Shown here: positions 1-8,699 of the stretch, in pieces
How the letters are laid out: each line of letters starts with the position of its first letter
Numbering within the stretch: position 1 is the stretch's first letter
Notes under the pieces: generated by a model
Told to the model about the DNA's origin: nothing
Database searches by the model: none
The model's input: only the letters and a program-made list of their open reading frames with translations
NCBI GenBank assembly: GCA_016235455.1
Contig: JACRKZ010000066.1
Span: forward strand, 1-24,413
Length of the DNA: 24,413 nt
Origin: Armatimonadota bacterium
GTDB lineage: Bacteria > Armatimonadota > UBA10988
Direction of reading: 5' to 3'
Translations under genes and position numbers: made by a program

Positions 1-91
1 CCCCCGTTCTGTCCGAAAACCCGCCAAGAGAACCCCTGGTCGCCCAAGGACTGCCGGCGAGGGCGGCGAATCACTTGGCAGGAGCCAAGCG

Positions 92-1558
92 ATGATGGGT
101 CGGCGACCGGCGCGGCAAGGGGAGCTGTTCTGCTATCTGCCCGAGGTGCCGCGCACCAAACTGGCGGCCCGGCTGGAGGAGCTGGAACGGGCGCTGGACT
201 GGGAGCAGGTGCGCTGCCGGGCGCAGGCCTACCTGGCCGGGGACCGCGGGCGGCCGTCGCTGGACCCGGCGGTGGTGGTCAAGCTGCTGCTGCTGCACAA
301 GCTGGTCGGCGGGCGGTCGTGGCGGGGGCTGGTGGAGTTCGCCAGCGACTCGCTGTGCAGCCGGCAGTTCCTCGGCTATGGACTGAGCGAGGACCTGCCC
401 AGCCATCAGGCGCTGCACGACTGGCGCCGGCGACTGGGTGCGGAGTTTTTCGAGGACCTGCTGGGGGACATCGTCGGCCACTGCCAGCGGGAGGGCATGG
501 TGTTGTCCAGCGTGCGGGTGGTCGACGCCACGGCGGTCAAGGCCCAGGCCGACCCCGAAGGGCCGACGGTGCGGGTCGAGGCCGATGCCGACGAGTTGGC
601 CGTGTGGCAGGCGGTGGTGGGTTGCCACGGCGCGAACGAGGGCGATGATGATGATGACCCGTCGCCCGAGCCCCCGCCGACACTGCTGAGCCGGCCACCG
701 GCCTTGCGGGACGGCAGCGCCAAGGGCGGCGCCAAGGGCGGCGGCGCCAAAGGCGGCCGTCTGGTCAGCCGGCATGACCCCGAGGCGCGCCTGTCGGCCA
801 AGCCGGGCTTGCCGCGTGACTTCTACTATCAGGTGAGTTTCGCCAGCGACCCGGTCAGCGGGCTGATCACCAGCGCTATGGCGCGGCCGACCGAAGAGCC
901 GGTGACGCTGCTGGCGCATGTGGACGCGGAGCCGGGGCTGGTGGCGGCGGTGGTGGCCGACTGCCATTACGACACGACGGAGGTCATGGCCGGTCTGGCG
1001 CAGCGGGGCATCACGGCGTACATCCCCTACCAGGACCATCAGCGCCAGCACGGGTATCGGCGCGAGCAGTTCGGGCACAGCGCGGAGTTGGACTGCTACC
1101 AGTGTCCCGAGGGCGTGCTGCTGACGCGCCGGGCCACGATGAGTGACGGGCGGGTGACCTATCGTGCGCGGGTGGGCGCCTGTCGCGACTGCCGGCGGCG
1201 GAGCTGGTGCACGAGCAGCGAGTGCCGGACGCTGACGGTGCCGGCGGGCAGCGCGGAGCGTGAGCTGGCCCGGCGCGCGGGTCCCGAGTACGAGTTGCGA
1301 CAGGCGCAGCGGCGGGCGCAGGAGCATGTTTGGCGCTGGGGCAAGCGTGATTTCGGGTTGAGCCGAGCAGACGGTCTGGGGTTGGCGCAGGTACGCATCA
1401 GCGCGGCGCTGGTGGCGGTCTGCATCAACCTGGGCAAGCTGGTCAAGTGGCGGGAGACGGGACCGCGGCCGGAGGCGGTGGCGAGGGCCCAGGAGGCCAC
1501 CGGGCGGCGCATCGAGGCGTCCCCCAGGCGCTGGCCTGGGCGGCGCAGGGCGGCCTGA
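92..1558 (+). CDS. IS1182/IS5-type DDE transposase
   Basis: N-terminal DUF772-like GRPSLDP...FLGYGLSEDLPSH. Catalytic-type motifs VVDATAVKA, ADCHY and RRAQEHVW..KR. YQCPEG and CRDC...C Cys motifs typical of IS1182. GGAG RBS at 80-83. Confidence 0.9.
   Translation: MMGRRPARQGELFCYLPEVPRTKLAARLEELERALDWEQVRCRAQAYLAGDRGRPSLDPAVVVKLLLLHKLVGGRSWRGLVEFASDSLCSRQFLGYGLSEDLPSHQALHDWRRRLGAEFFEDLLGDIVGHCQREGMVLSSVRVVDATAVKAQADPEGPTVRVEADADELAVWQAVVGCHGANEGDDDDDPSPEPPPTLLSRPPALRDGSAKGGAKGGGAKGGRLVSRHDPEARLSAKPGLPRDFYYQVSFASDPVSGLITSAMARPTEEPVTLLAHVDAEPGLVAAVVADCHYDTTEVMAGLAQRGITAYIPYQDHQRQHGYRREQFGHSAELDCYQCPEGVLLTRRATMSDGRVTYRARVGACRDCRRRSWCTSSECRTLTVPAGSAERELARRAGPEYELRQAQRRAQEHVWRWGKRDFGLSRADGLGLAQVRISAALVAVCINLGKLVKWRETGPRPEAVARAQEATGRRIEASPRRWPGRRRAA
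717..755 (+). repeat. In-frame 12-bp tandem repeat (GCGCCAAGGGCG x3) encoding AKGGAKGGGAKG
   Basis: Units at 717-728, 729-740 and 744-755 (last has one mismatch). Confidence 0.8.
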
Positions 1559-1692
1559 GCGGCCATCGGGGCCGCCCACCGCTGCGCGCGCGGCCCGGCG
1601 GCTGGCGGAGGCAGGGACGACTTCGGTGCTGGGGCTTTACGGACAGAACGGCCCTCGGCTGCACGCCATGGGCATCGCCCTCGCTCTGGTCG

Positions 1693-2496
1693 CTACTTGA
1701 GGCTCGACGCCGTGACGCTGCGCTCGCCCGCCGGCTGACGGCGCTGGGCGAAGAGCCAGGGCCACAAGTCAGCTTCGGCGTAGGCCTTGAGCCAGGAGTC
1801 GTGCCCGGTCTTGGGATACTCCTTGTAGTAGAGTGATCCACCGCGCGTGTTGAGCACGCTGACCATACGGCGCGACATGGCCACCGGCACCGCGGAGTCG
1901 TCGGTGCCGTGATAGACGCGCATGGGCACGCTGACGGCATCGACCATCAGGTCGGGGTTGCCCGCGCCGCACACCGGCACGGCCGCCGCGAAGGTGAACG
2001 GGTCGCCGGTGAGCAGCGCGCAGGTGCCGAACCCGCCCATGGACAGGCCGGTCACATACAGCCGTTGGGCGTCGATGTTGAACTCACGAGGCAACGCGCC
2101 AAGCAGGGCGCGCACCGCGGCCATCTCGGGCGTGTAGCCGGCCTTGGAGTCGCGCCAGCGCGACCAGGTGCTGGTCTTGGGGCACTGGGGCGCCACCACG
2201 AAGCAGGGAAAGGCACTGCGCAGCGGCTCGTTGGCAAGCTTGGCGCAGGCGATGGGCTGGTCGGCAATCTGCTGGCGATTGTCGTCGCCGCGACCGCCCG
2301 AGCCGTGCAGCACGAGCACCAGCGGGTAGCTCTTGGCCGCGTCGTAGTTGAGCGGCTGGAGCAGGCGATAGAGCAGCTTCACGCCGTTGGGCGCGGCGAA
2401 CGTGCGTGCCTCCATGACGTTGAGCGGATCAACGTCGGCGGCATAGGCCGTGGCCGCCAGGGCCAGGACGAGCATCAGAGCGAAACGACGGATCAT
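1693..2496 (-). CDS. Exported alpha/beta hydrolase (predicted esterase/peptidase, phospholipase/carboxylesterase-like)
   Basis: Signal peptide MIRRFALMLVLALAATAYA. Motifs YPLVLVLHGSG, VVAPQCP, nucleophile GLSMGG, HGTDD and GHDSW. Start moved to the ATG at 2496, which has a GGAGG RBS. Confidence 0.88.
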   Translation of the reverse strand: MIRRFALMLVLALAATAYAADVDPLNVMEARTFAAPNGVKLLYRLLQPLNYDAAKSYPLVLVLHGSGGRGDDNRQQIADQPIACAKLANEPLRSAFPCFVVAPQCPKTSTWSRWRDSKAGYTPEMAAVRALLGALPREFNIDAQRLYVTGLSMGGFGTCALLTGDPFTFAAAVPVCGAGNPDLMVDAVSVPMRVYHGTDDSAVPVAMSRRMVSVLNTRGGSLYYKEYPKTGHDSWLKAYAEADLWPWLFAQRRQPAGERSVTASSLK

Positions 2497-2514
2497 GGCA
2501 AGGGTCCTCCCGGT

Positions 2515-2588
2515 TGGGACGCGGGTGGTGGGACGTGGGCGAGCGATCTGCCGTACCCACGTCCCACGTCTCACGCCCTACGTCCCAA
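2515..2588. repeat. Heptamer-based palindromic intergenic repeat, possible hairpin
   Basis: Perfect 12-bp inverted repeat GTGGGACGTGGG (2528-2539) / CCCACGTCCCAC (2556-2567). The right arm continues as degenerate 7-mers CCCACGT CCCACGT CTCACGC CCTACGT. Confidence 0.75.
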
Positions 2589-5500
2589 GATCGCAGCTCA
2601 GCTTGTGTGTGCCCGACCCCACCTCGCGCGGCGTGGTCTGGCCCGGCAAGGTCACCGCGGCGCTGGAGTTCGGCGGCACGAGGAGGTTCAGCTCAAAGTG
2701 CCGGCCGCTCAGCTTCCAGTCCACGATGATGGTGCCATAGGGCGAGTCATGCGTGGCGCGCGCGCTGGTCAGGTCGCCCACGGGCGTCGGCTTGACCAGG
2801 AAGTGCTGGAAGCCCGGCTGCGCGGCATCGGGCCGGATGCCGGCCAGATACTCGATGAACCAGGCACTGATATCGCCGAACATGATGTGATTGAGCGAGG
2901 CGCCCGTGCCCCAGGTCTCCCACATGCTCGTCGCGCCCTGGCTCAGCCACCAGCCCCACGACGGTTGGGTCTTCTGGCTGGCGATGCGGTAGGCCACGTC
3001 GGCGTGCCCGTTGTCGCTGAGCGTGCGCAGCAGGTACTTGCTGCCCAGAATACCCACGTCCAGATGGCCGTCGGTCTTGTTCACGGCGTCCACCAGCGAT
3101 TGCACCACACGCGGCTTCTGGTCGGCCGGCACCAGGTCCTGGTACAATGCGCAAGACAGCGAGGTCTGCCCGCCGTTGGCATAGGTGGCGCCATCGGCCT
3201 TGTAGAAGGCGTGGTTGAAGCCCGCCTTGAGTCGCTCGGCCAGCGCCTCGTAGCGCGCCTGGTCGTCCTTCTTGCCCAACAGGGCGGCGGCCTTGGCCAC
3301 CACGCGAGCGCTCTGGATGACATACCCGGTGCTGGTCAGCGACGACGGCGTCTGGGTCTTCCAGGGGCACCAGTCGCCCAGGCCATAGGTGACGATGTCG
3401 TCCTTGGCGGTCGCCGCGAAGTAGTCGACCCAGCGCTTCATGCGGTCGTAGTGGTCGGCCAGAATGCGCGCGTCGCCGCGGTACTCATACAGCCACCAGG
3501 GGATCAGCACGTAGGCCGATTCCCAGGCCGGGCCGTCAAGCGTGTTGTAGCCCCAGCCGGGCGTGGGCACGATGCACGGCAGCTTGCCGTTGGGCTGCTG
3601 CGCATCGGCGAAGTCGTCCAGCCAGCGGGTGTAAGCCGCTTCGCCGCGATAGTGCAGCAAGCCCATCTCGCAGGCCAGTTGCGCGTCGCCGGTCCAGCCG
3701 TTCTTCTCGCGATGCGGGCAGTCGCTGGGGAAGCCGATGAAGTTGGATTCATAGCTCCACTGGGCCAGCTTCTCGATGCGGTTGAGCAGGTCGTTGGAGC
3801 ACTCGAACGTGCCCGCGCGATCGAAGCTCGTGCGCACCTGCAGCGCCACCAGCGTCTGCGCCGTCGGCGGGGTGGGCAGACCCGTCACCTCGACATACTG
3901 GAAGCCGTGGAAGGCGAAGCGCGTCTCGAAGGTCTCCGTACCACGGCCGGCCAGGGTGTACACGTCGGTCTGGAAGGTCGGGTTGTGGACCAGCGAGGCG
4001 ATATCGGCCTGGTTCAGCGTGCCGTCGGCGTTGATGCGCTCGCCATGGCGCAGTGTGACGGTCGTGCCGGCCGGGCCGGCGATGGTCAGACGGGTCCAGC
4101 CAGTCATGTTCTGGCCGATGTTGGCCAGCCACACGCCGGGCTTGGGCTCGGTCCACTTGGCCACGGGCAGCGTGCGGACGATCTTAATCGGCTCGGCGCG
4201 CTGCGCCCGGAGCACACCGGTCGGACCGTTCACCTCGGTCGCGGGCTGCCAGGCCTTGTCGTCGAAGGCGGCCGTGGCCCAGCCCGGCTGCTCGAGCCGC
4301 GCATCCCACGTGGTGCCCACACGGGTCAGGTCAAAGGTCAGCGGCCCGTTGGCCTGCTTCCAGGATCCGTCGCTGACGACCTGCTCGCGGCTGCCGTCGG
4401 TGTACTCCAGGTCGAGTTGCAGCCGCAGCCGGGGCGACGAGAGCCACGGCGCGCGGTGGAAGCTCCAGGCGTCGGACACCCATTGGTTGAACTCGCCGTT
4501 GGCCAACTGCACACCCAGCGCATGGCGGCCGGGCCGCAGCAGCGGCGTCAGGTCGTGGGTCACGTACAGCGCGCGTTTGTCGTACTGGGTGATGGCCGGG
4601 TCGAGCACGTGGTCGCCGACCTTCTTGCCGTCCAGATACAGCTCGTGGTAACCGAGGCCGCAGACGCTGACCTGCGCGGCACGCAAGGCCTTCGCGACAG
4701 CGAAGGGCCTGCGCAGCATCGGGCTGACCGCGGCACCGGCGGCCTGGGTGGCGTCGGCGATGGGGCCCCACGGCTGTTCGCCCACCTTGACCTGGACCAC
4801 CGCTGCCGGCCAGGCGCTGTCGTCGAAGCCCGGCGCGCGCCAGCCGGCGGCCGCGCGGCTGCTGGCCTTCCAGGCGGCGTCGGTGACCAGCTCGGTGCTC
4901 TTGCCGTCAGCCGTCTCCATCACCAGCCGGGCAAGCACCCCGGCGGGCGTGATGCCGCTCTCGTTGGCGCCGTTGACCGCCTGCACGGCCAGGACGTTCT
5001 CGCCGGCGCGCAGCCCGGCGCTCAGGTCGACCAGTTGCGGCCGGCGCCAGGCGTCGCCCTGGCCGTCGCTGCGAGCCACTTGCTTGTCATTGAGCCAGAG
5101 CTGGTACTGGTCGTCGGCGCTGATGGCCAGCCGCGCCTTGGCCACACCGGCCGGCGCGACAAAGGTCCGCCGCAGGAACCGCTGCCCCGCGGGCGCCTCG
5201 CGGCCGGGGCCGAACTTCTCTTCGGCGAACCACACCCAGGCGGCGTTGCCCCAGCCCATGGGCGTCGCGGCCTGCGCGGTCGGGCCGATCCACTTGGCCT
5301 TCCAGTCACCAGGCGCCAGCAGGCCCATGGACCAGCTCGCCGGCTGGCTCCAGCTGCTGACCGCGCCGTCCTTGTCCCACACACGCACGCGCCAGGCGCA
5401 ACGCTGGCGACTGGCCAGCGGCTGACCGGCATAGACCACCTGCGTGCTCTGGCTGGAGACGACCTTGCCGCTGTCCCAGCGGTCGCCGCGACCGCGTGCG

Positions 5501-5706
5501 AGCAGCTCGGGCGAGGAGGCGACCTGCACCTGGTAGGCGGTCTGGCGCTGGCCGGCCTCGCTCGACACCAGTTGCCAGCCCAGCCGAGGCCGAACGATGT
5601 CGATGCCGACGGGATCCGCCAGGTACTCACAGCGCAGGTGGTCCAGCCGCGGCGGCGCGGCCAGGGCCATGGTGGCGAACAGACAGGCGACAATCCAACG
5701 AGACAT
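2578..5706 (-). CDS. Exported alpha-L-rhamnosidase, glycoside hydrolase family 78
   Basis: Signal peptide MSRWIVACLFATMALA. N-terminal LRCEYLADPVGID..PRLGW and WDSGKV. GQNMTGW, FHGFQYVEV, catalytic PSDCPHREKNGWTGDA, GDWC, GATSMWETW, SLNHIMFG. Start set at ATG 5706 with a GGGAG RBS. Confidence 0.93.
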   Translation of the reverse strand: MSRWIVACLFATMALAAPPRLDHLRCEYLADPVGIDIVRPRLGWQLVSSEAGQRQTAYQVQVASSPELLARGRGDRWDSGKVVSSQSTQVVYAGQPLASRQRCAWRVRVWDKDGAVSSWSQPASWSMGLLAPGDWKAKWIGPTAQAATPMGWGNAAWVWFAEEKFGPGREAPAGQRFLRRTFVAPAGVAKARLAISADDQYQLWLNDKQVARSDGQGDAWRRPQLVDLSAGLRAGENVLAVQAVNGANESGITPAGVLARLVMETADGKSTELVTDAAWKASSRAAAGWRAPGFDDSAWPAAVVQVKVGEQPWGPIADATQAAGAAVSPMLRRPFAVAKALRAAQVSVCGLGYHELYLDGKKVGDHVLDPAITQYDKRALYVTHDLTPLLRPGRHALGVQLANGEFNQWVSDAWSFHRAPWLSSPRLRLQLDLEYTDGSREQVVSDGSWKQANGPLTFDLTRVGTTWDARLEQPGWATAAFDDKAWQPATEVNGPTGVLRAQRAEPIKIVRTLPVAKWTEPKPGVWLANIGQNMTGWTRLTIAGPAGTTVTLRHGERINADGTLNQADIASLVHNPTFQTDVYTLAGRGTETFETRFAFHGFQYVEVTGLPTPPTAQTLVALQVRTSFDRAGTFECSNDLLNRIEKLAQWSYESNFIGFPSDCPHREKNGWTGDAQLACEMGLLHYRGEAAYTRWLDDFADAQQPNGKLPCIVPTPGWGYNTLDGPAWESAYVLIPWWLYEYRGDARILADHYDRMKRWVDYFAATAKDDIVTYGLGDWCPWKTQTPSSLTSTGYVIQSARVVAKAAALLGKKDDQARYEALAERLKAGFNHAFYKADGATYANGGQTSLSCALYQDLVPADQKPRVVQSLVDAVNKTDGHLDVGILGSKYLLRTLSDNGHADVAYRIASQKTQPSWGWWLSQGATSMWETWGTGASLNHIMFGDISAWFIEYLAGIRPDAAQPGFQHFLVKPTPVGDLTSARATHDSPYGTIIVDWKLSGRHFELNLLVPPNSSAAVTLPGQTTPREVGSGTHKLSCDLGT

Positions 5707-5737
5707 CAACAACGCTCCCCGTTCTCGATCAGCGCCG

Positions 5738-5857
5738 CCAGTGCCGGACCGCCACGCTCCAGCGTGGCATCGGGTCGAAGACCCGACGTTCCCAACGGCG
5801 GCGCCCGCAGGTCGGCGGCGGCCGATGCCACGCTGGAGCGTGGCGTTCCGGCGCTGG
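5738..5857. repeat. REP-doublet/REPIN-like inverted repeat element
   Basis: 36-bp inverted arms 5738-5773 and 5822-5857 (2 mismatches). Each holds the palindrome GCCACGCT(CC/GG)AGCGTGGC. Internal hairpin TCGGGTC-GAA-GACCCGA at 5770-5786. Confidence 0.8.
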
Positions 5858-5914
5858 TTCGGGCTGGCGGAGCGTGGCAGCGCCAGCCAGCTCAGACTCG
5901 TACAACGAACACGC

Positions 5915-8560
5915 TCACGGCGCGACCAGGCCGTAGAGTGCCACATAGGGCGTGACGAGTCCATTGTGGTCGGTCCAAATGGCCGCGTGGCCGTCGGGCA
6001 GCGGCTTGGGATCGGTGTAGCTGATCAGCAGCCGGCCATGGAACCAGACCGTCAGCGCGGCGCCACAACGCTCGATGCGCAGGTCGTACCAGGCGTTGTG
6101 GATCTCGCGCCACATGGGGATCTGGCCCGGCACCGTGGCCACCACGTCCTTGCCACGGTACAGCGAGCAGAGCTCGCCGCGGCTGCCGACCTCGAAGGTG
6201 TAGCCGCTCTTGGGATCCTTGCCGTCGGCACAGACGCTCACGCAGAGTCGCTCGAACGGCTCGGCGTTGTAGTCGCCGTAGCCGCCCTTCATCTTCACGC
6301 TGAGGGGCACCTGAGCCACGAAGTCGCCGACCAGCCGGCTCTTCTGCCAGAAGACCGCCGGGCCCTGCTCGTTGACGCCGTTGAGCCACGACCACTGGGG
6401 TTGACACAGCCAGCGCGAATCGACGTGCCAGTCGCCCGAGCCCTCCCAGAAGTCCACCGGTGCGCGTTCGAACTGATACTCATGCGCATCGGCCGCGCGC
6501 AGGTCGACGTCCTCGACAGCCACGCCCGGCTCGGAGAGCTTGAGTCCCAGGCAGACCGAGCCCTTGGCCTGGGCGGCGACAGCCACCGGCTTGCCGTCGG
6601 CGCTGGCCTTCCAGACGCCATCATGCCGGGTCAGCTCGATGGCTCGACGCGGACCCGTGACGGTCAGCACCGGCGTCTCGCGCCCGCGTTCGGCGGCGGC
6701 AAAGACGGTCAGGGCGCCGGCGCCATGCCACGGCAGGCGCAACTCGATATTGCCCACGAAGCGGCCCACATGCCACAACACGCCGGGCTCGGCGGTGGGC
6801 CGCCAGACCGACGCGGCGTTGGCCCAGGTGTCGTGGTCGAGCAGCCCGTCGCGGCCCTTGTCCATGGTCGGCGGATGGATGCGCGGCAGGCCCACGGCGA
6901 GGTGGCTGTCGATCACCGCCACATCGTCGAAGATGGCCGCGCCGCCGTCGGCGCCGAGCGCCACGGCGCCCAGCAGGTCCGCCGGTCGCTCCACCGACAG
7001 CAGACGCCGGCCGTCCAGATCGGCCACCAACCGGCCGCCCTCGAGGCCGAGGCCCAGCCGCAGCCACTGCCGGGCCCGCACATCGGCCTTGGCCTGGGCC
7101 AGCGTGCGCGACTGCTCGCCGTGGCGTTCGGTGAGCTTCACCTCGCCGGCCCCGGCCACGCCGAGCGTCAGTTCAATCGCGTTCTTGTCGTCCCAACGGC
7201 CGATCTGCAGCCGCACGGTCTTGGCGTCGAGCGCGCGCACCGAGGTTTCCAGCCGGTAGTCCGACCAGTGCCAGGCGCCGGTCGTGGTCAGGCCGTCGCG
7301 ACCGGAGAGCGCGAAACCGGGCGTGTTGGAGACCTTGGGTGTCTGGCCCGTCAGCGACCAGGCGCCGCCCTCGGCGTGCCAGATGCCGCCGTCGGTGGTG
7401 CCGGCCTCGCTGGAGAAGTCGTCGGTGAAGTACAGCGGCTCGGTGGGCTGCAGAAGCGGTTCCTCGAGCCCTTGCGCGAAGCAGTGTCGACCGGCTACCT
7501 CGGGCGCCGCGATGCGGCCGATCTCGCTGCCGGCCTGGGCCACAACCACCACGCCGGGCCGGCGCACGAGTACCAGTTCCTCGCCGCCGGCCAGCGCGAA
7601 CGACTTGCCGCCGCCGGCTCCCGCGGGCCGCAAGGTGGCGCGCTCGCGCGACGCTTCCAGCACCCAGCCTTGGGCCTTTTTGCCCGGTAGCCACTCGACG
7701 AAGAGGCGGCCCGTGCCCGTCTTGGGCAGGCCGGCACGCAGGCAGTAGCCGTCGGCCGGCGCCGGCCCCAGGTCCTGCGCGCCAAGCACGGTCGGCTCGG
7801 CGCCGGCCGCCACTGGGTCGCCCGCGACCGCCGGCTCGTCGGCGGGCTCAGCGGGCCGCGCCCATTGGGGCTTGGCGCGGCCGTCGGTCAACAGGTTCAC
7901 CGCAGCCAGGAAGAGGTCGTCGAAGTCGGGCGTCCAGTTGCCTTGGAGGTAAGCCAGGTCGCTGCCCCAGTAGACGAAGCGGCCCTTGCCCGCCGGTCCG
8001 GCCAAAACCGCCGGCTGCCCGGCCAGGTCACCGCTCTGGAAACGGCCCAGGACTTTGATGGCCGGGTCATTGATGCCAATGACCTCGGTCTCGGAGGCGT
8101 AGCTCCACTCGCGGTTGGCCGGCACCAGCTTGGCCAGCGGGTTGTCGCCCGGCTCAAGGGTGAAGCGGAACGGCTGGTGACGACGATTGGCGACGCGAAA
8201 CACGCCCACGCCGGCCAGCGCCTTCGACGGCCGAACACCCATCTCCAGCACGGCATGGCCGCCGTTGAGCAGGTACGTGTCCAGTGCGTCGAGGCATTGC
8301 GACAGCCACGGCTCGTTGCCGTGGTTCATGGCGGCCACCAGCAGCAGGTCATAGTTGGCCAGCGCCTTGGCGTCCTTGTGCTCAGCCACCGTGAGGTAGT
8401 CGAACGGTATGCCGGCGCGGGTCAGCACGCCGCCAAAGCCCATGCGCAGCGCACCCATGACGCCGATGCGCGGCAGATGAGGCTGGCCTGCAGGCTCACC
8501 GTGGGCAGCGGTGAGCAGGCATAGCATCACCGTCAGAACGCGACATCCACGCACCACCAC
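5915..8560 (-). CDS. Large exported hypothetical protein; N-terminal class I GATase-like domain plus several concanavalin/lectin-like (DUF1080-like) beta domains
   Basis: Signal-like N-terminus (RGCRVLTVMLCLLTAAHG). LANYDLLLV..YLLNGGHAV..GKGRFVY resembles a GATase-like fold. WSDYRLETSVR, WLRLGL..FDDVAV and WYDLRIER..YTDPKPL resemble lectin-like folds. Start is uncertain (8527-8569). Confidence 0.7.
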   Translation of the reverse strand: MVVRGCRVLTVMLCLLTAAHGEPAGQPHLPRIGVMGALRMGFGGVLTRAGIPFDYLTVAEHKDAKALANYDLLLVAAMNHGNEPWLSQCLDALDTYLLNGGHAVLEMGVRPSKALAGVGVFRVANRRHQPFRFTLEPGDNPLAKLVPANREWSYASETEVIGINDPAIKVLGRFQSGDLAGQPAVLAGPAGKGRFVYWGSDLAYLQGNWTPDFDDLFLAAVNLLTDGRAKPQWARPAEPADEPAVAGDPVAAGAEPTVLGAQDLGPAPADGYCLRAGLPKTGTGRLFVEWLPGKKAQGWVLEASRERATLRPAGAGGGKSFALAGGEELVLVRRPGVVVVAQAGSEIGRIAAPEVAGRHCFAQGLEEPLLQPTEPLYFTDDFSSEAGTTDGGIWHAEGGAWSLTGQTPKVSNTPGFALSGRDGLTTTGAWHWSDYRLETSVRALDAKTVRLQIGRWDDKNAIELTLGVAGAGEVKLTERHGEQSRTLAQAKADVRARQWLRLGLGLEGGRLVADLDGRRLLSVERPADLLGAVALGADGGAAIFDDVAVIDSHLAVGLPRIHPPTMDKGRDGLLDHDTWANAASVWRPTAEPGVLWHVGRFVGNIELRLPWHGAGALTVFAAAERGRETPVLTVTGPRRAIELTRHDGVWKASADGKPVAVAAQAKGSVCLGLKLSEPGVAVEDVDLRAADAHEYQFERAPVDFWEGSGDWHVDSRWLCQPQWSWLNGVNEQGPAVFWQKSRLVGDFVAQVPLSVKMKGGYGDYNAEPFERLCVSVCADGKDPKSGYTFEVGSRGELCSLYRGKDVVATVPGQIPMWREIHNAWYDLRIERCGAALTVWFHGRLLISYTDPKPLPDGHAAIWTDHNGLVTPYVALYGLVAP

Positions 8561-8699
8561 CAGCAACACTCCGGGCTCGGCACTCTACCGACGCCAGCGC
8601 GCCCGTCCAGGTTCGGTCGCAGCCAGCTTTTGTAAGAAGGACGCGGCGCGCGATCGGGGAACATGTGTCTCAATTGCCGTACCCGCACCGGAGATCTCG

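Larger units (their letters stand above)
4..1651 (+). mobile_element. IS1182-family insertion sequence (~1.65 kb), apparently complete
   Basis: Left IR CCGTTCTGTCCGAAAACCC (4-22) matches the reverse complement of 1633-1651 (CCGTTCTGTCCGTAAAGCC) at 17/19. The IRs enclose a single transposase ORF. CCC flanks both sides, but the window edge prevents confirming a target-site duplication. Confidence 0.85.

Noticed and set aside
71-1579. 502 aa minus-strand ORF
   Set aside because: Antisense shadow of the transposase.
1909-5955. 1348 aa plus-strand ORF
   Set aside because: Antisense shadow of the GH78 and esterase genes in high-GC DNA; no recognisable motifs.
5597-7690. 697 aa plus-strand ORF
   Set aside because: Antisense to the exported protein gene, crosses the repeat element, and has no motifs.
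8659-8670. GAACATGTGTCT as a LexA-type box
   Set aside because: The right half does not match GTTC, and the context is not SOS-related.
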